DNA of 64,000 nucleotides from Chloroflexota bacterium (GCA_963662335.2 CAXXVD010000003.1:192001-256000); one strand, 5' to 3'. Positions 18,638 to 28,119 are shown, numbered from the stretch's first letter. A program made the numbers and translations. The notes: a model not told the origin generated them from the sequence alone.

Positions 18638-19111
18638 TTAGATGAGATGCTCGATTTCAACGCCGCCCCAGTGCCGCGCGAAATACTCCGCCACCAACCG
18701 GCGGTGGCAGTGATCGGGCTCATGCTCGCTGCACAAGAGGCAACTGTCTGCCAGGGTCGCCTTCAGTCTCTTCGTGATGCGTCTTCCGCCGGCGGGTCGG
18801 ATACCGTCTGCAAGGATGCGCCGTTCGTCCAAGAGCGCCAAGAAGACGTGTTCATAGGCCGCCCAGTCGACTTCGCCCGCGCGGTAGCCGTCCAGCAGCG
18901 CTTTGGTGGGCGCGAGGTCCGGCGCGTGGATGTAGTCCATGCGGCATATCTTCCGCAGCAAGTACGGCAAGTCGTCGCCGTGGGCAAAGCGCGCCAGTTG
19001 CGAGGCGTTGTTGAGCCGCACGTCTATCAGGCGTTTCGCGCCCGATTCACGCAGCAATTCGAAGAATGCAGAGGCCGGCTTCTTGGTGAAGCCGATGGTG
19101 TAAAGTTTCAC
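18638..19111 (-). CDS. DUF488 family protein
   Basis: LYTIGFTKK, LIDVRLNN.SQLA.FA, LAPT, CLLCSE....HCHRRLVAE; GTG start overlaps upstream stop (GTGA). Confidence 0.85.
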   Translation of the reverse strand: MKLYTIGFTKKPASAFFELLRESGAKRLIDVRLNNASQLARFAHGDDLPYLLRKICRMDYIHAPDLAPTKALLDGYRAGEVDWAAYEHVFLALLDERRILADGIRPAGGRRITKRLKATLADSCLLCSEHEPDHCHRRLVAEYFARHWGGVEIEHLI

Positions 19112-19986
19112 GGCGCGCGCTCCCATTCACCGCCGCCGGACGGATCGCGCCAGCGCGCGCCTACGCGCCGCGCCTGCCGCGCCACGGCGTCCTCGAGCAC
19201 CGCCTCGCGAGAGCGGAACAGGTCGCCGTGGTGCGGCAACTTGAACGAATCGAGCAGGCGGTTCATGGCGTCCGCGTGGCTCTCCAAGCTACCGTCGGCG
19301 TGAATGTGCGCCACCGCCGCGCCGCGTTCGGCAAGCATTTGCCCAATCAGCAGCGTGCGGTGGCACTCCAACGGCTCCTTCTCGCTGCACATGAGCGTCA
19401 TGCCCCCCGCCGCAGAACCGTCCGCCCGGCCCGAACCCGTCGCAGTACCCGCAGCCGTTCGCCCTGAGCCAACTCTTGCATCCTCTGCCGTTGATCCCGG
19501 TCTCGCCGCTCCATCCACCGCCGTTCGTGCCGGACCTGCCGCAGAGCTAGCAGCCGTTCGCCCTGAGCCCGCCGCGTTCCCCGCAGCCGTTCGTCCTGAG
19601 CCTGTCGAAGGATGAACGGCTGCGGCGTCCAGCACGTAGGTCATCCCTTCCTTGAACGCGGCAGTATCCGCCAACCTCTCATACGAAACGCGCCCGCCGT
19701 CGTCGTAAAGCGCCCGTTCCGCCGGTTGGCCGCCAAGTTCCTGCCCTTTGAAAACATAGCCGATACCGGCCTGTGCCAGCAGCGCGTGCAGCGCCTCCTT
19801 ATTGAAGTGGGGCAGATAGCGGCTGTACGGGGCGGAGCGCACATCCACCACCACGTCCACGCCGTGCTGCCGCAGCAACGCCGCGAACGCATCGGGTTCG
19901 TGGTTGGAGTGGCCGATGGTGAAGACCGGTTTGGCTTGTGCGTTCACCTTGCGCTTCTCCCCGTGCGCCTCGACGCCTGTGCTCAT
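19108..19986 (-). CDS. DUF488 family protein with ~70-aa REP-derived insertion
   Basis: VFTIGHSN, VDVRSAPYSR..PHFN, ELGG, LMCSEKEPLECHR..LI; low-complexity GSGRTAA repeats inserted before LMCSE. Confidence 0.85.
   Translation of the reverse strand: MSTGVEAHGEKRKVNAQAKPVFTIGHSNHEPDAFAALLRQHGVDVVVDVRSAPYSRYLPHFNKEALHALLAQAGIGYVFKGQELGGQPAERALYDDGGRVSYERLADTAAFKEGMTYVLDAAAVHPSTGSGRTAAGNAAGSGRTAASSAAGPARTAVDGAARPGSTAEDARVGSGRTAAGTATGSGRADGSAAGGMTLMCSEKEPLECHRTLLIGQMLAERGAAVAHIHADGSLESHADAMNRLLDSFKLPHHGDLFRSREAVLEDAVARQARRVGARWRDPSGGGEWERAP
19421..19623. repeat. Intragenic REP family C palindrome + six degenerate 33-bp tandem units
   Basis: Units start at 19421, 19454, 19487, 19520, 19553, 19586; full palindrome at 19583-19623. 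Confidence 0.8.
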
Positions 19987-20119
19987 TGCAAAGAAACCTC
20001 CGGTAGCGTAGGTTTGCAACCTGCGCCCCAGGTGCGGTAGAAGCCACAACCTACGCGCGCTCACCGTCCTGCCGCGCGCCAAAGCGCCAACAACTGCCAA
20101 TCAACGCAACCGCCTCAGG

Positions 20120-20830
20120 CTACGCCACTTCGATGATGGCCGCAACGAGCTTGTAGGCGTATCCCTGGTACGGCTCGCCCAAACTCACGGTAAGCAAGCA
20201 TGGCCCCAGTTCGTAGCGGTCGTTCGGCCGGTTCAGGTACCGCTCCTCATAGACCGGATCGGTGGCCCACAGCCGGTACTCGTCACCGGCATGGCGAAAC
20301 CGGCCCTTGAGCCGCCGCCTGAAGTCGCCCTGCGCCGCCCGGGGCGCAATCACCGCTAGTTCCAATGCGTCCACGGCGATGAAACGCAACGAGCTTTCCA
20401 GCTTCAGGGCGCGGTCCAACGGCACGCGATCGTTGCGGCCGTGGTGCGTGTGGTGGCCGTTGACCCAAAGCGGCGCGGGAGAGTCGGCCAGATGCGCCAA
20501 TTCCCGCGGCGCGAGACGGCGTGCCTTGCGCCAACGCCGCGCCGGGTCGAGCAGCCAATTCTCCCGTTGGTAGCCCTTCGGCCGCGGCGCGCGCAGGGGC
20601 ACGTCGATCACGTCGCCCAGGCGCGGCTCGCCGCCGTCCGCGTACTGCCGTTCGATTTCACTGACCGCCTCATCCGCCCGCTCGCTCACCGGCCGCACCC
20701 ACGCGCCGGGCCGCCCCTCCGCCAACACTTCCTTGCCCGCCAGGCAGCGGCCGCCCTCTTTGCGGGAATTGGCAAGGCAGACAATGCGCTTCAGTGTGCC
20801 ATCTTGCATAGCAAATCCCAACCGGCCCAC
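20120..20830 (-). CDS. dual OB-fold (DuOB) domain protein
   Basis: RIVCLANSRK.GGRCLAG, WVRPVS, YQRENWL, SSLRFI, TDP, LTVSLGEP..GYAYKLVAAII; AGGAGG RBS. Confidence 0.75.
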   Translation of the reverse strand: MGRLGFAMQDGTLKRIVCLANSRKEGGRCLAGKEVLAEGRPGAWVRPVSERADEAVSEIERQYADGGEPRLGDVIDVPLRAPRPKGYQRENWLLDPARRWRKARRLAPRELAHLADSPAPLWVNGHHTHHGRNDRVPLDRALKLESSLRFIAVDALELAVIAPRAAQGDFRRRLKGRFRHAGDEYRLWATDPVYEERYLNRPNDRYELGPCLLTVSLGEPYQGYAYKLVAAIIEVA

Positions 20831-20850
20831 CGGCGCCTCCTTAGCGCTTC

Positions 20851-21630
20851 CTACGAAAGGGTGAACAACGGAATCTGCCCTGTCGTCTCAAAGGGAATGT
20901 CTAATGCGGTTGGCTCTGAAGTCGCGATGATCGCGGCAATGAGCTTATAGGCAAAGTTCTTGTGCGGCGCGCCGAGGCTGATCGTTAGGAAACAGACGTC
21001 TAGGCCATAGCGGCGATTGGGCTGTTTTCCGTACTTTTGCTCGTAGACCGGGTCGGTGACGTTCAGCCGATACTCAATGCCATCATACCGGAAACACCCT
21101 TGTACCTTGTACGGTGAGACCCCCGTCACTTTGTGCTTGTGTTTCGCTGTAGATGTAGACAACTCCAGCCGGTCAACCTGGATGAGACGCAGCGAGCTAG
21201 CAAGGGCATTCGCAAGGTAGAGCGGGATTCTATCGTTCCGCCCATTACTGCCGCTGTGTCCATTGATCCAGAGTGGTCCCGCTGAATCCATGAAGAGGTC
21301 TAGGTCGTCCAGAGCGATGCGGCGCACTCTGTTCCAAAAGGCATGCGGGCGGGTAGAATGTGGATCGAGCAGCCAATTCTCTGATTGGTACGTGTTTGGC
21401 CGGGCCTCGAGCACGGGCACGTCGATGACGTCCAGCACGGCCGGCTCGGTGCGGTCCTTGTACTGTCGCTCGAATGCATTGACCGCCTCATCCGCTCGGT
21501 CACTGACGGGCCGCATCCACTCGCCGGCGCATCCCTCCGCCAATAGTTCCCTGCCAGCGATACAGCGGTCACCCATCTTGCGCGAGTTGGCCAGGCAGAC
21601 AATGCGCTTGACTGTGGCGGTTGCTGCCAT
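20851..21630 (-). CDS. dual OB-fold (DuOB) domain protein, second paralogue
   Basis: Same motifs as neighbour (CLANSRK, RPVS, YQSENWL, VTDP, LTISLG, YKLIAAII); lower GC. Confidence 0.75.
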   Translation of the reverse strand: MAATATVKRIVCLANSRKMGDRCIAGRELLAEGCAGEWMRPVSDRADEAVNAFERQYKDRTEPAVLDVIDVPVLEARPNTYQSENWLLDPHSTRPHAFWNRVRRIALDDLDLFMDSAGPLWINGHSGSNGRNDRIPLYLANALASSLRLIQVDRLELSTSTAKHKHKVTGVSPYKVQGCFRYDGIEYRLNVTDPVYEQKYGKQPNRRYGLDVCFLTISLGAPHKNFAYKLIAAIIATSEPTALDIPFETTGQIPLFTLS

Positions 21631-21738
21631 AGTCTCGTTCTCACAGATACGTCCACTCCAGCAAACTGCCCTGTCTATGCCGGTTTGGCAGTCCCGGCAA
21701 CCGCAAGACCCCTACAATCCCTGTGCAGGAAACTGTGC

Positions 21739-21921
21739 CTACTCGTCTTTCTCAGCTTGGCTCGGGCCACTCTGCGGCTTTGGCGGAACGCCCGACCCTC
21801 CCTGAGGAGGATCTCGGGGATCCAAAGTGCCCCTTTCCGGCTGATATCCTCTTGCAAACGGGATGTCGTTGCGCTCTTTCGCCGGTGTTTTTTCCGCGAC
21901 TCTCTCTTCTTCGCTTGACAT
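21739..21921 (-). CDS. small acidic/Pro-rich peptide (60 aa) downstream of the DUF6338-like gene
   Basis: Strong AGGAGG RBS directly after the natural stop of the upstream gene; RGYQP...DPPQGGSGVP motif. Confidence 0.6.
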   Translation of the reverse strand: MSSEEERVAEKTPAKERNDIPFARGYQPERGTLDPRDPPQGGSGVPPKPQSGPSQAEKDE

Positions 21922-21934
21922 TGCACGCCTCCTA

Positions 21935-22525
21935 CTAATCAAAGAACTCTACTGCTAAGATATCATCCCTTAATATTAGTATGCCCCGGGAACGCTCGAC
22001 TTGTCCCTCTGACTGGAACTTTCCTTCCTAATCAAGCTGCCAAACCTCTTCGATGTAAATCTGTTCGTCAGCAGGATATGAGGAGGCGAACGACTTTCGA
22101 TCAAACCTGCCGCCGATTTTGCGACCGTCTCGCAGATGGACAATAACCCAGAAGACTTGCCTCCTGCTAAACACATAATCCCAAGGCTTTCGCATGGAAT
22201 GAACAATGAATCTTGCGCCAAGTCGAGACGTCGATAGTCGAAAGAACAAGACTGGCCAGAGTGTTGGAAAGACGACCATTGCCAGGAAAAGAGAGGCAAA
22301 GTACCACAGTGGGTGTTCAATCGGGAAGTCATCTGCGTGGATTGGGATAATCAGAGGAAGTAACACCGCGTAGTTTAGGGAACTGTACCCAATGGCCTCA
22401 AATAAGGACTGCGAGAAGTTGCGGAATTCCCTTGGTACCAGTAGGTCGTAGACCTTCAGCGATATAAAACCCGGAATAAAGAAGAGAAGAAATAGGATGA
22501 TTCTATCTAATTCCCAGACATTCAT
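21935..22525 (-). pseudogene. DUF6338-like membrane protein, disrupted near C-terminus
   Basis: FFIPGFISLKVY, 3 TM, PWDYVF, WVIVHLRDGRKIGG, SFASSYP...IYIEEVW; TAG at 22028-22030, then GILILRDDILAVEFFD* in another frame. Confidence 0.65.
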
Positions 22526-22661
22526 CTCAGACCTTCTTGCGGCGCTTCGCGGCACTAGTCGGCGCTAAAGCGTGCATTGCTAACGCAATTGCCAACTCGC
22601 CACCCCCTCTAAGTAAAGAGTGGCTTTGGTTGCTACGCTGCTGAACATCGACAGTAGGTCG

Positions 22662-22982
22662 TCAATACACAGCCGGAGCATACACGTTCAGCGTGCGCAG
22701 GGGTTCCTCGCCGGTGCAGCGGAGTTCGTGGGGATCGCCGGCCGGGATGATGAGCACGTCGCCGGGGGCGAGGGGCGCGGTGTGGTCGCGCACGGTGGCT
22801 TCGCCATGGCCGGAAACGACGTAGACCACCTGGTCGGAATCTGGGTGGTCGCTGGCGTGCAGGCCGCCGGTCTTCTCACCGGGGCCGAGGATCAGAATGC
22901 CGACCTGGCTGCGCGCCGTGCCGGCAACGATGCGAAACAGCGAGTCTTCCGTAAGGATTGGGGTAATGTTGAGCGGTTTCAT
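22662..22982 (-). CDS. cupin domain protein
   Basis: H..SDQVVYVVSGHG, GDVLIIPAGDPH, LNVYAP. Confidence 0.85.
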   Translation of the reverse strand: MKPLNITPILTEDSLFRIVAGTARSQVGILILGPGEKTGGLHASDHPDSDQVVYVVSGHGEATVRDHTAPLAPGDVLIIPAGDPHELRCTGEEPLRTLNVYAPAVY

Positions 22983-23298
22983 ACTGTGCCTCCGCCTTTG
23001 AGTAGTCTCCCGGCTCAGGCTCTTTTCAGAGCCGTTGACCGTCGCTCATAGCGCCGCCTGTCACTCCCAAGTAGAGTCTGCCCGTACACGATGCGGCGAG
23101 GGAAATCACGCGCGCCGAGCTCAAATCTGCGCCATTGGCTGGCCTGCGCTCCGCTATCGGGAATCCGGTTCGCGTCTACCGTGTCGGGCGCTGGATTCCG
23201 GCTTCCGCCGGCATGACGGACTTGCTATGGCGGAGCCTTAGCCTGGGCGCTGCTTGTCTAGTGCGCGCGGCAGGAGCGTTGCGAGTGGGTTGCCGGTT

Positions 23299-25380
23299 CT
23301 ACGCCGAGGATTCTTCCTTCTCCCGCTTGTGGGCAGCCACCACCTGTTCCTGGGTGCTGGCGGGCACCTGTTCGTAGCCGATGAACTCGGCGGAGAACGT
23401 CGCGCGGCCTTGGGTGAGGGAGCGCAAATCGGTGGCGTAGCGCAGCACCTCGGCCTGGGGCACTTCCGCCTGGACCTCCATGGTGCCGGGCGAGACCATG
23501 TCCATGTTGTGCACGCGGGCGCGGCGGCTGGTCAGGTCGCCGATCACGTCGCCCATGCGGTCTTCCGGCACGCGCACGTTCATCTGCAAGACCGGCTCCA
23601 GGAGGACGGGTTTGGCTCTATCCATGGCCTCGCCCAGGGCCATGGAGCCGGCGATTTGAAAGGCGAGGTCCGAGGAATCAACCGTATGCTCCTTGCCGTC
23701 CACCAGATTCACGCGCAGGTCCACCACCTCGCCGCCGGCCAGGGTGCCCTCTTTCATCGCTTCGCGGATGCCCTTGTGCACCGCCTCGCGGAAGGGGGCC
23801 GAAATCGCGCCGCCGAAGATCTTGTCCACGAACTCGAAGCCTTCCCCTCTCTCCGCCGGTTCGATTTCGATGTTGCACACGGCGTACTGCCCGTGGCCGC
23901 CGGTCTGGCGCACGAAGCGGCCCTCCGCCGCCGCGCTGCCGGTGATGGTCTCCTTATACGGCACCTTGACCGGCACCGTCTTCACGTCCGCGCCGAACTT
24001 GCGCTTCATGCGCTCCAGCGCCACGTTGATGTGGGTCTCCCCGATGCCGGAGAGGAGCGTCTGGCCGGTGATTTGCTGCCGTTCCACGTGCAGGCTGGGG
24101 TCTTCCTCCGTGACGCGCGCCAGCGCGTTGCTGAGCTTCTCCAGATCTTCCTTGGAGGTCGGCTCGATGGCGGCGGTGAAGAGCCAGGGGGGAAAGGTCA
24201 CGGCCGGCAGGGTTAGGGGCTGCTTGCGCTCGCCCAGTGTGTGGCTGGTCAGAGTCTCCGCCAGCTTGGCCACCGCGCCCATGTCGCCGGCGGCGATGTG
24301 GTCCGTGTTCTCCTGTTCGCGGCCCCGCACGAAGAGCAACTGGCCGATACGCTCCTCACTGCCGGTATTGACGTTCCACACGCGGGAATCCGAACGCAGC
24401 GTGCCCGAATAGACGCGAATGAACGAAAGCTTGCCCACGTAGGGGTCGGCCAGGGTCTTGTAGACGAACGCCGCCAGCGGCCCCTCGGCGTCGGCGGCAA
24501 GTTCCTGCTCCGCGCCGTCTTGCGTAGCGCTTGCGGGCGCCACCTCGGCCGGCGAAGGCAGGTAGCGCACAATGGCGTCCATGAGCGCCTGCACGCCGAC
24601 GTTTAGCGTAGCCGAACCGCAGAGCACCGGCGTCAGTTGGCCGGTGCGCACGCCCTCGTGCAGCGCGGCTTGCAGTTCTTCCGGCGCGATGTCCTCGCCT
24701 TCCAGGTATTTTTCCGTCAGGTCGTCGTCCAGTTCCACCACGTTCTCGATCAGGGTCATGCGGTATTCTTCCACCGTATCCTCGAGGTCATCGGGAACCG
24801 GCGCTTCCGTCACCGCGTTGTCGGCGTAGAGGTAGGCCGTGTTGGCCAGCACGTCCACCACGCCGTTGAAGTCGTCCTGGGAGCCGATGGGAACGTGCAG
24901 CGGCGCGACACTGTTGCCGAAGTATTCGCGCAGGCTCTCCACCACGCCAAAGTAGTCGGCGTTCTCCCGGTCCATGCGGTTGACGAAGATCAAGCGGGGG
25001 AGTTCATGGGCGGTAATGCGTTCCCACGCCTCTTCCGTGCCGACCTGCACACCGCTTGACACGTCCACGACCAGCACCGCGCCGTCCGCGACGTGAAGCG
25101 CGCTGGCGACTTCTCCGGAGAAATCGGCGTAGCCCGGCGCATCGAGCAAATTGAGCTTGGCGTCGCCCCACTCCACGGGGACCAGCGAGAGGTTGAGGGA
25201 AATCTGGCGCTTTACCTCGTCCGGATCGTAGTCCGATACCGTGCTGCCGTTGTCCACGGAACCTAGCCGGTTGATCGCGCCGGTGGCGAAGAGGGCCGCT
25301 TCCGCGAGCGAGGTCTTGCCCGCGCCGACGTGGGAGAAGAGCCCGACATTGCGAATCGAATCCGTTGCATACGCCTTCAT
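23299..25380 (-). CDS. fusA: elongation factor G paralogue (EF-G2-like)
   Basis: Full five-domain EF-G (RQTGGHGQY, H.VDSS..AF, LLEP, YATDLRSLTQG); divergent G motifs SHVGAGKT, RQISL, DAPGY, NRMD. Confidence 0.85.
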   Translation of the reverse strand: MKAYATDSIRNVGLFSHVGAGKTSLAEAALFATGAINRLGSVDNGSTVSDYDPDEVKRQISLNLSLVPVEWGDAKLNLLDAPGYADFSGEVASALHVADGAVLVVDVSSGVQVGTEEAWERITAHELPRLIFVNRMDRENADYFGVVESLREYFGNSVAPLHVPIGSQDDFNGVVDVLANTAYLYADNAVTEAPVPDDLEDTVEEYRMTLIENVVELDDDLTEKYLEGEDIAPEELQAALHEGVRTGQLTPVLCGSATLNVGVQALMDAIVRYLPSPAEVAPASATQDGAEQELAADAEGPLAAFVYKTLADPYVGKLSFIRVYSGTLRSDSRVWNVNTGSEERIGQLLFVRGREQENTDHIAAGDMGAVAKLAETLTSHTLGERKQPLTLPAVTFPPWLFTAAIEPTSKEDLEKLSNALARVTEEDPSLHVERQQITGQTLLSGIGETHINVALERMKRKFGADVKTVPVKVPYKETITGSAAAEGRFVRQTGGHGQYAVCNIEIEPAERGEGFEFVDKIFGGAISAPFREAVHKGIREAMKEGTLAGGEVVDLRVNLVDGKEHTVDSSDLAFQIAGSMALGEAMDRAKPVLLEPVLQMNVRVPEDRMGDVIGDLTSRRARVHNMDMVSPGTMEVQAEVPQAEVLRYATDLRSLTQGRATFSAEFIGYEQVPASTQEQVVAAHKREKEESSA

Positions 25381-25640
25381 ACGGTTTGTACCCTTAATGG
25401 AGAAAGAGGTATAGTGCCCTTAAGACTGGCATTATACCAGAGCGCCGTAACGCATCCAAAACCGCTCCGGCGGCGCGGTTGGCATCTTGCCCAACGCGGG
25501 GCAATGCGGCTCTTTGCCCCAGAACGCATGACCGCAGGCTTTTGGAAGTTGGCAGCGCGTTGGGCGCCGGAACGTGCGTGTTCATACTGTTCTTCCGGCA
25601 ATCGAATAGACCCTGAATTTCAGACTAACGGTAGCGTGCC

Positions 25641-26378
25641 ATGGCGCAAGTGACTGGAGTACAAGGAATCGAGCCTGCTCTCTTTGTAGGCGCGTATACG
25701 TTGCGCGAATCCGCTGCGCTTGTGCGGGCAACCACGCCGCCCCCGGATGTAAACCTGTGGCAGTGGCGAAGGCGCAACGACAGGTTCATCACGGCCACCA
25801 CCTATCATGTGTCGCAATGGATTCGCCGCGGCATGGGTTGGGACACACCCATTAGGGTTTCCGCCAGAGACCGCGTAATCACGTTTGCCGATCTTGTGAG
25901 GCTGCGCATGGTCACCCTCTTGCGGTCCCGCGGCATTGCGTACAAGAACATTGTGGCGGCTGAGGACTATATCCGCCGCCTGCGGGGAATCCCCCAGCCG
26001 TTCGTTTCCGAGCAGATGTGGACTGCCGGCTCAGAGGTCTTCGTACGCTTTACCAGTGAGCTTATTGCGGCTTCGCAGGAGGGCCAACTTGCCTTTGAAG
26101 AGTTCATGTCTGCGTACCTCACTCCCGCACATCACGGCCTTTCGTTTTCGTCTGGCGGGAAGCCCGCCCGATGGCAACCTTGGCCAACCGTTCTCATCGA
26201 TCCTGAGGTCCAATTCGGCGCGCCGTGCATCACAGGTACACGCGTTGAGACCCGCTCTCTTTGGTCGCTCAACCAAGCCGGTGACAGCGAGGACTCTCTT
26301 GCAGAGGCGTTCAGTCTGCGGTTGGATCAAGTGAGAGATGCGCTAGATTGGGAGCGCCTACTGGTAGATGCCTCCTAA
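25641..26378 (+). CDS. DUF433-containing antitoxin (VapB45-like)
   Basis: N-terminal YTLRESAALV HTH-like region, ITFADLV; C-terminal IDPEVQFGAPCITGTRV...VRDALDWE. Confidence 0.8.
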   Translation: MAQVTGVQGIEPALFVGAYTLRESAALVRATTPPPDVNLWQWRRRNDRFITATTYHVSQWIRRGMGWDTPIRVSARDRVITFADLVRLRMVTLLRSRGIAYKNIVAAEDYIRRLRGIPQPFVSEQMWTAGSEVFVRFTSELIAASQEGQLAFEEFMSAYLTPAHHGLSFSSGGKPARWQPWPTVLIDPEVQFGAPCITGTRVETRSLWSLNQAGDSEDSLAEAFSLRLDQVRDALDWERLLVDAS

Positions 26379-26813
26379 GCCTATCCGATTCTCTCTCGAT
26401 GAGAACCTCCCGCCGAATGTCGCGCGGGCGCTATCGCTGGTTGGATATCCGATTTCGCATCCGGAAGATCACGCTAAGCGCGGCGCCAAGGATCCCGTTC
26501 TCATAACGTGGCTGGCGGAAAACCAATTCGTCTGGATCACGCCGCTAGAAGAACGCACGGCGATCAACTCAAGCGGGAAGGGGTATCAGTCGTTTGGGTC
26601 CTGGGGCTTGTAGGTAAGAAGAACATGATCAACACCCAGCAAGTGCACCTGGTTCTGACCGTTAAGCTGCCGGAAATAATCGAGAAAATATAGAACGCCA
26701 CCGGCCCGCTGTACTTCAGGCTCTCCCTGGCGGGCCAGAGGCCGAAACTTGAGCTATTGAAGGACGACATCATCGGTTCCCGCAGACCGTCGCGCGTAAG
26801 GAGAAGCCGCTAG
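26368..26813 (+). pseudogene. PIN-domain toxin (DUF5615/VapC45-like), frameshifted with premature stop
   Basis: RFSLDENLP...GAKD...WIT, then frame change to AARR...GVSVVWV; TAG at 26691-26693; frame open again to TAG at 26811-26813. Confidence 0.65.
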
Positions 26814-26829
26814 CGGCACTTTTGTCGCT

Positions 26830-27303
26830 GTGCAGTCAAAATCCGAAAGGTGCGTTTCGGTGGCAAGCCAACTCATCGGCTCGTTTCACACGCGCAACGC
26901 CGCGCTGCAAGCCATGGAAGAACTGGCGGCGCAGGGGTTCGACGTGGAGATGCTGAAGGTCGACCACGCCGGGCCGCGGGCCGCTCTCATCCGCCTCGCG
27001 CTGCGCGCGGCGCAAGGGGGCGTCATCGGCGGGGCGCTGGGCCTGGCCGCCGTCTTCATCTCGCCCAGTGAGTTCCTGCTGCCCATCATGGTCTTGTGCG
27101 GCGCGGCCGGCGCTATGCTCAACATTCGCTTGACCCGGCCGCGGCCGCTGCCAATCGAGGTACCCGATACCAGCGTGCAGGCGCTGGTGGTGGTGCAGGG
27201 AGCCGACCTGGAAACCGCGACGATGATCCTCACCAAAGAGGGCAGCACCGCCATCCGGCAGACCGAGACGCCAACGGCAACGGACAGTGTCCCCTCCCCC
27301 TGA
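26830..27303 (+). CDS. hypothetical membrane protein (YflT/general-stress-like with glycine-zipper helices)
   Basis: IGSFHTRNAALQAMEELAAQGF; GGVIGGALG hydrophobic pair; start uncertain. Confidence 0.55.
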   Translation: MQSKSERCVSVASQLIGSFHTRNAALQAMEELAAQGFDVEMLKVDHAGPRAALIRLALRAAQGGVIGGALGLAAVFISPSEFLLPIMVLCGAAGAMLNIRLTRPRPLPIEVPDTSVQALVVVQGADLETATMILTKEGSTAIRQTETPTATDSVPSP

Positions 27304-27516
27304 GGAGACCTCTCCCGTGCCAAGTGCGGGGCCGGGACCCCATCTTCGCGGCCCCATGCGCCACAGGCGCGGCCTGTGCGCTGTCCTGGGGTTGCTCAGG
27401 TAGCCGCCGCCATGCCCGCGCGGGTTGCCGCGCCGCCGCAATAACGGTATGGTGAGAAACCAGGATAGCACCGCGCGGCGCACTGCCGCCTGCCGCGCCG
27501 CCGGAGGATTTCTTTC

Positions 27517-28119
27517 ATGCCCGTCGGCTTCGCCACCCAGTTGACGCTCTTGCGTATCGCCCTTGCGCCGCTCATCATGTATCTCGTCATTTGGGGCGCG
27601 GGCAGGCCGCAGTTGTATTGGCTGGCGGCCGCGCTCTTGGCCGCGGCGGCGGCCACGGATTGGCTGGACGGTTTCGTGGCGCGCCGCAGCGACACCGTTT
27701 CCGCGGTCGGCGCTTCGCTCGACCTGGTGGCGGACAAAGTCCTGGTTGCCGTCGTCTTGATCGCCCTCGTGCAGGTGGGCCTCTTGCCCGGCTGGTGGGC
27801 GGCGCTGGTCGTCAGCCGCGAAATGGCGGTGACCGGCCTGCGGGGGCAAGCCGCGGCCAAGGGCATCGCCATCCCGGCCGGCTCCGTCGGCAAGCTCAAG
27901 ACCGCCGTTACCTTTATCGCGCTGGTCGTGCTCCTCCTCTGGCAGAGCATCGTGAGCGACGCGCTCCTGGGGCTGGCCCTCATCCTCACGCTCTATTCCG
28001 GCGCGGAGTATCTCTACACCGGTATGCGCAAGATGCGCCAGGCGAGCGACGCCCCGGCCGCGCCCGCGCCTGCGCAGACACCCGCACAGACAGCACACGA
28101 GGAGGTCCAAGTGAAATGA
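27517..28119 (+). CDS. pgsA: CDP-diacylglycerol--glycerol-3-phosphate 3-phosphatidyltransferase
   Basis: LTLLRI, TDWLDGFVARR...G..LD.VADK CDP-alcohol motif, SRE..VTGLR, GKLKT. Confidence 0.85.
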   Translation: MPVGFATQLTLLRIALAPLIMYLVIWGAGRPQLYWLAAALLAAAAATDWLDGFVARRSDTVSAVGASLDLVADKVLVAVVLIALVQVGLLPGWWAALVVSREMAVTGLRGQAAAKGIAIPAGSVGKLKTAVTFIALVVLLLWQSIVSDALLGLALILTLYSGAEYLYTGMRKMRQASDAPAAPAPAQTPAQTAHEEVQVK

